A stretch of 64,000 bases of DNA from Opitutales bacterium. Its GTDB lineage: Bacteria; Verrucomicrobiota; Verrucomicrobiia; Opitutales; PNEW01. A program made the position numbers and the translations under genes. Position 1 is the first letter of the stretch. Every line of letters begins with the position of its first letter. This document shows positions 63,301-64,000 of the stretch, in pieces. The stretch lies in NCBI GenBank assembly GCA_965197745.1, contig CBDANS010000005.1, positions 96,001-160,000 on the forward strand, read 5' to 3'. The notes beneath the pieces are model-generated. The model saw only the letters and a list, made by a program, of their open reading frames with translations. It was not told the DNA's origin and ran no database searches.

Positions 63301-64000
63301 ATGCGCGCGGAAATAGAAGCTATTGTAAGTGAGTTGAAACAGCTTAAAGCAGAGGGAAGGGAAACCGTTTATGTCGCCGATGATACGCTTCAAAGTCTGA
63401 AAAAGAAGGTCGAACACTATTCGGCCGTTCCAACGAAAGATCATTCGACAAGAATGGTTAAACCATCCGCTGATGAAAATGAAACGATACCCTCTCCTGA
63501 CAGTATAGAACTTCCTTCTGGCGATAAGCGCTCACGCTGGAACTGGTTGCGGGATCGTGTTCTCAATTGCCCGGTCTGTAACGAGCATGTAAAAGAGGGG
63601 AAATATGTTGTCTTCGGCGTCGGTAATATAGATGCCGATATTTTCTTTTGCGGGGAGGCTCCGGGCGCGGATGAGGAAATTCAGGGTGAGCCTTTTGTCG
63701 GACCAGCGGGCCAATTACTGACGAAAATTATTCAGGCCATGGGGCTGCAACGGAGTGATGTCTATATCGGTAACATTATGAATTGGCGTCCGGAAATGAA
63801 GGCTGAATATGGAAATCGACCTCCCACGCAGGATGAGATGCTTTTCTGCTTACCCTATCTATGCGCACAGCTGGAAATAGTAGAGCCAAAAGTGATAGTG
63901 GCACTGGGAAACACCGCGGTTAGCGGCCTTCTGGGCCCTGATCCTAAACGGAGATTAGGCAGTATACGCGGCAAATGGTTCGATTTTCAAAGTACTCCAT
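63301..64000 (+). CDS. Family-4 uracil-DNA glycosylase (runs off window; absent from the ORF track)
   Basis: Manual translation from ATG 63301: 'CPVC', 'VFGVGN', 'GEAPGADE..QGEPFVGPAGQLL', 'NRPP', 'ALG..A'. Confidence 0.92.
   Translation, partial: MRAEIEAIVSELKQLKAEGRETVYVADDTLQSLKKKVEHYSAVPTKDHSTRMVKPSADENETIPSPDSIELPSGDKRSRWNWLRDRVLNCPVCNEHVKEGKYVVFGVGNIDADIFFCGEAPGADEEIQGEPFVGPAGQLLTKIIQAMGLQRSDVYIGNIMNWRPEMKAEYGNRPPTQDEMLFCLPYLCAQLEIVEPKVIVALGNTAVSGLLGPDPKRRLGSIRGKWFDFQSTP

Overview
Bacterial chromosomal window of mostly housekeeping genes. Protein styles suggest Verrucomicrobiota, probably Opitutales-like; this is an inference and was not checked by search. It carries tRNA-Gln(UUG), pyrH-frr-proB-uvrD, nadA/fur, priA, purQLFM, zwf-opcA, tyrS, acnA with a STAS/PP2C partner-switching pair, trpB-yicC, ileS-dksA-lspA, two HtrA-like genes, ribE and a partial uracil-DNA glycosylase, plus small catabolic clusters and scattered type IV pilus genes. 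I found no CRISPR array, rRNA or intact transposase. Four things stand out. (1) An unassigned, well-nested ~160-nt structured element (24891-25050) lies between an HNH nuclease gene and a stand-alone AP2-domain gene, all on the + strand; this is the best candidate for an undescribed system. (2) A minor-pilin/tip cassette (50.2-54.6 kb) has three genes carrying an in-frame TAG, two compensating frameshifts and a probable in-frame TGA. (3) There are further lesions in yraN (exact 124-bp tandem duplication) and opcA (in-frame TAA). (4) A PilB-type ATPase carries an N-terminal GAF domain. The lesions could be real decay or assembly errors; only read-level data can decide.
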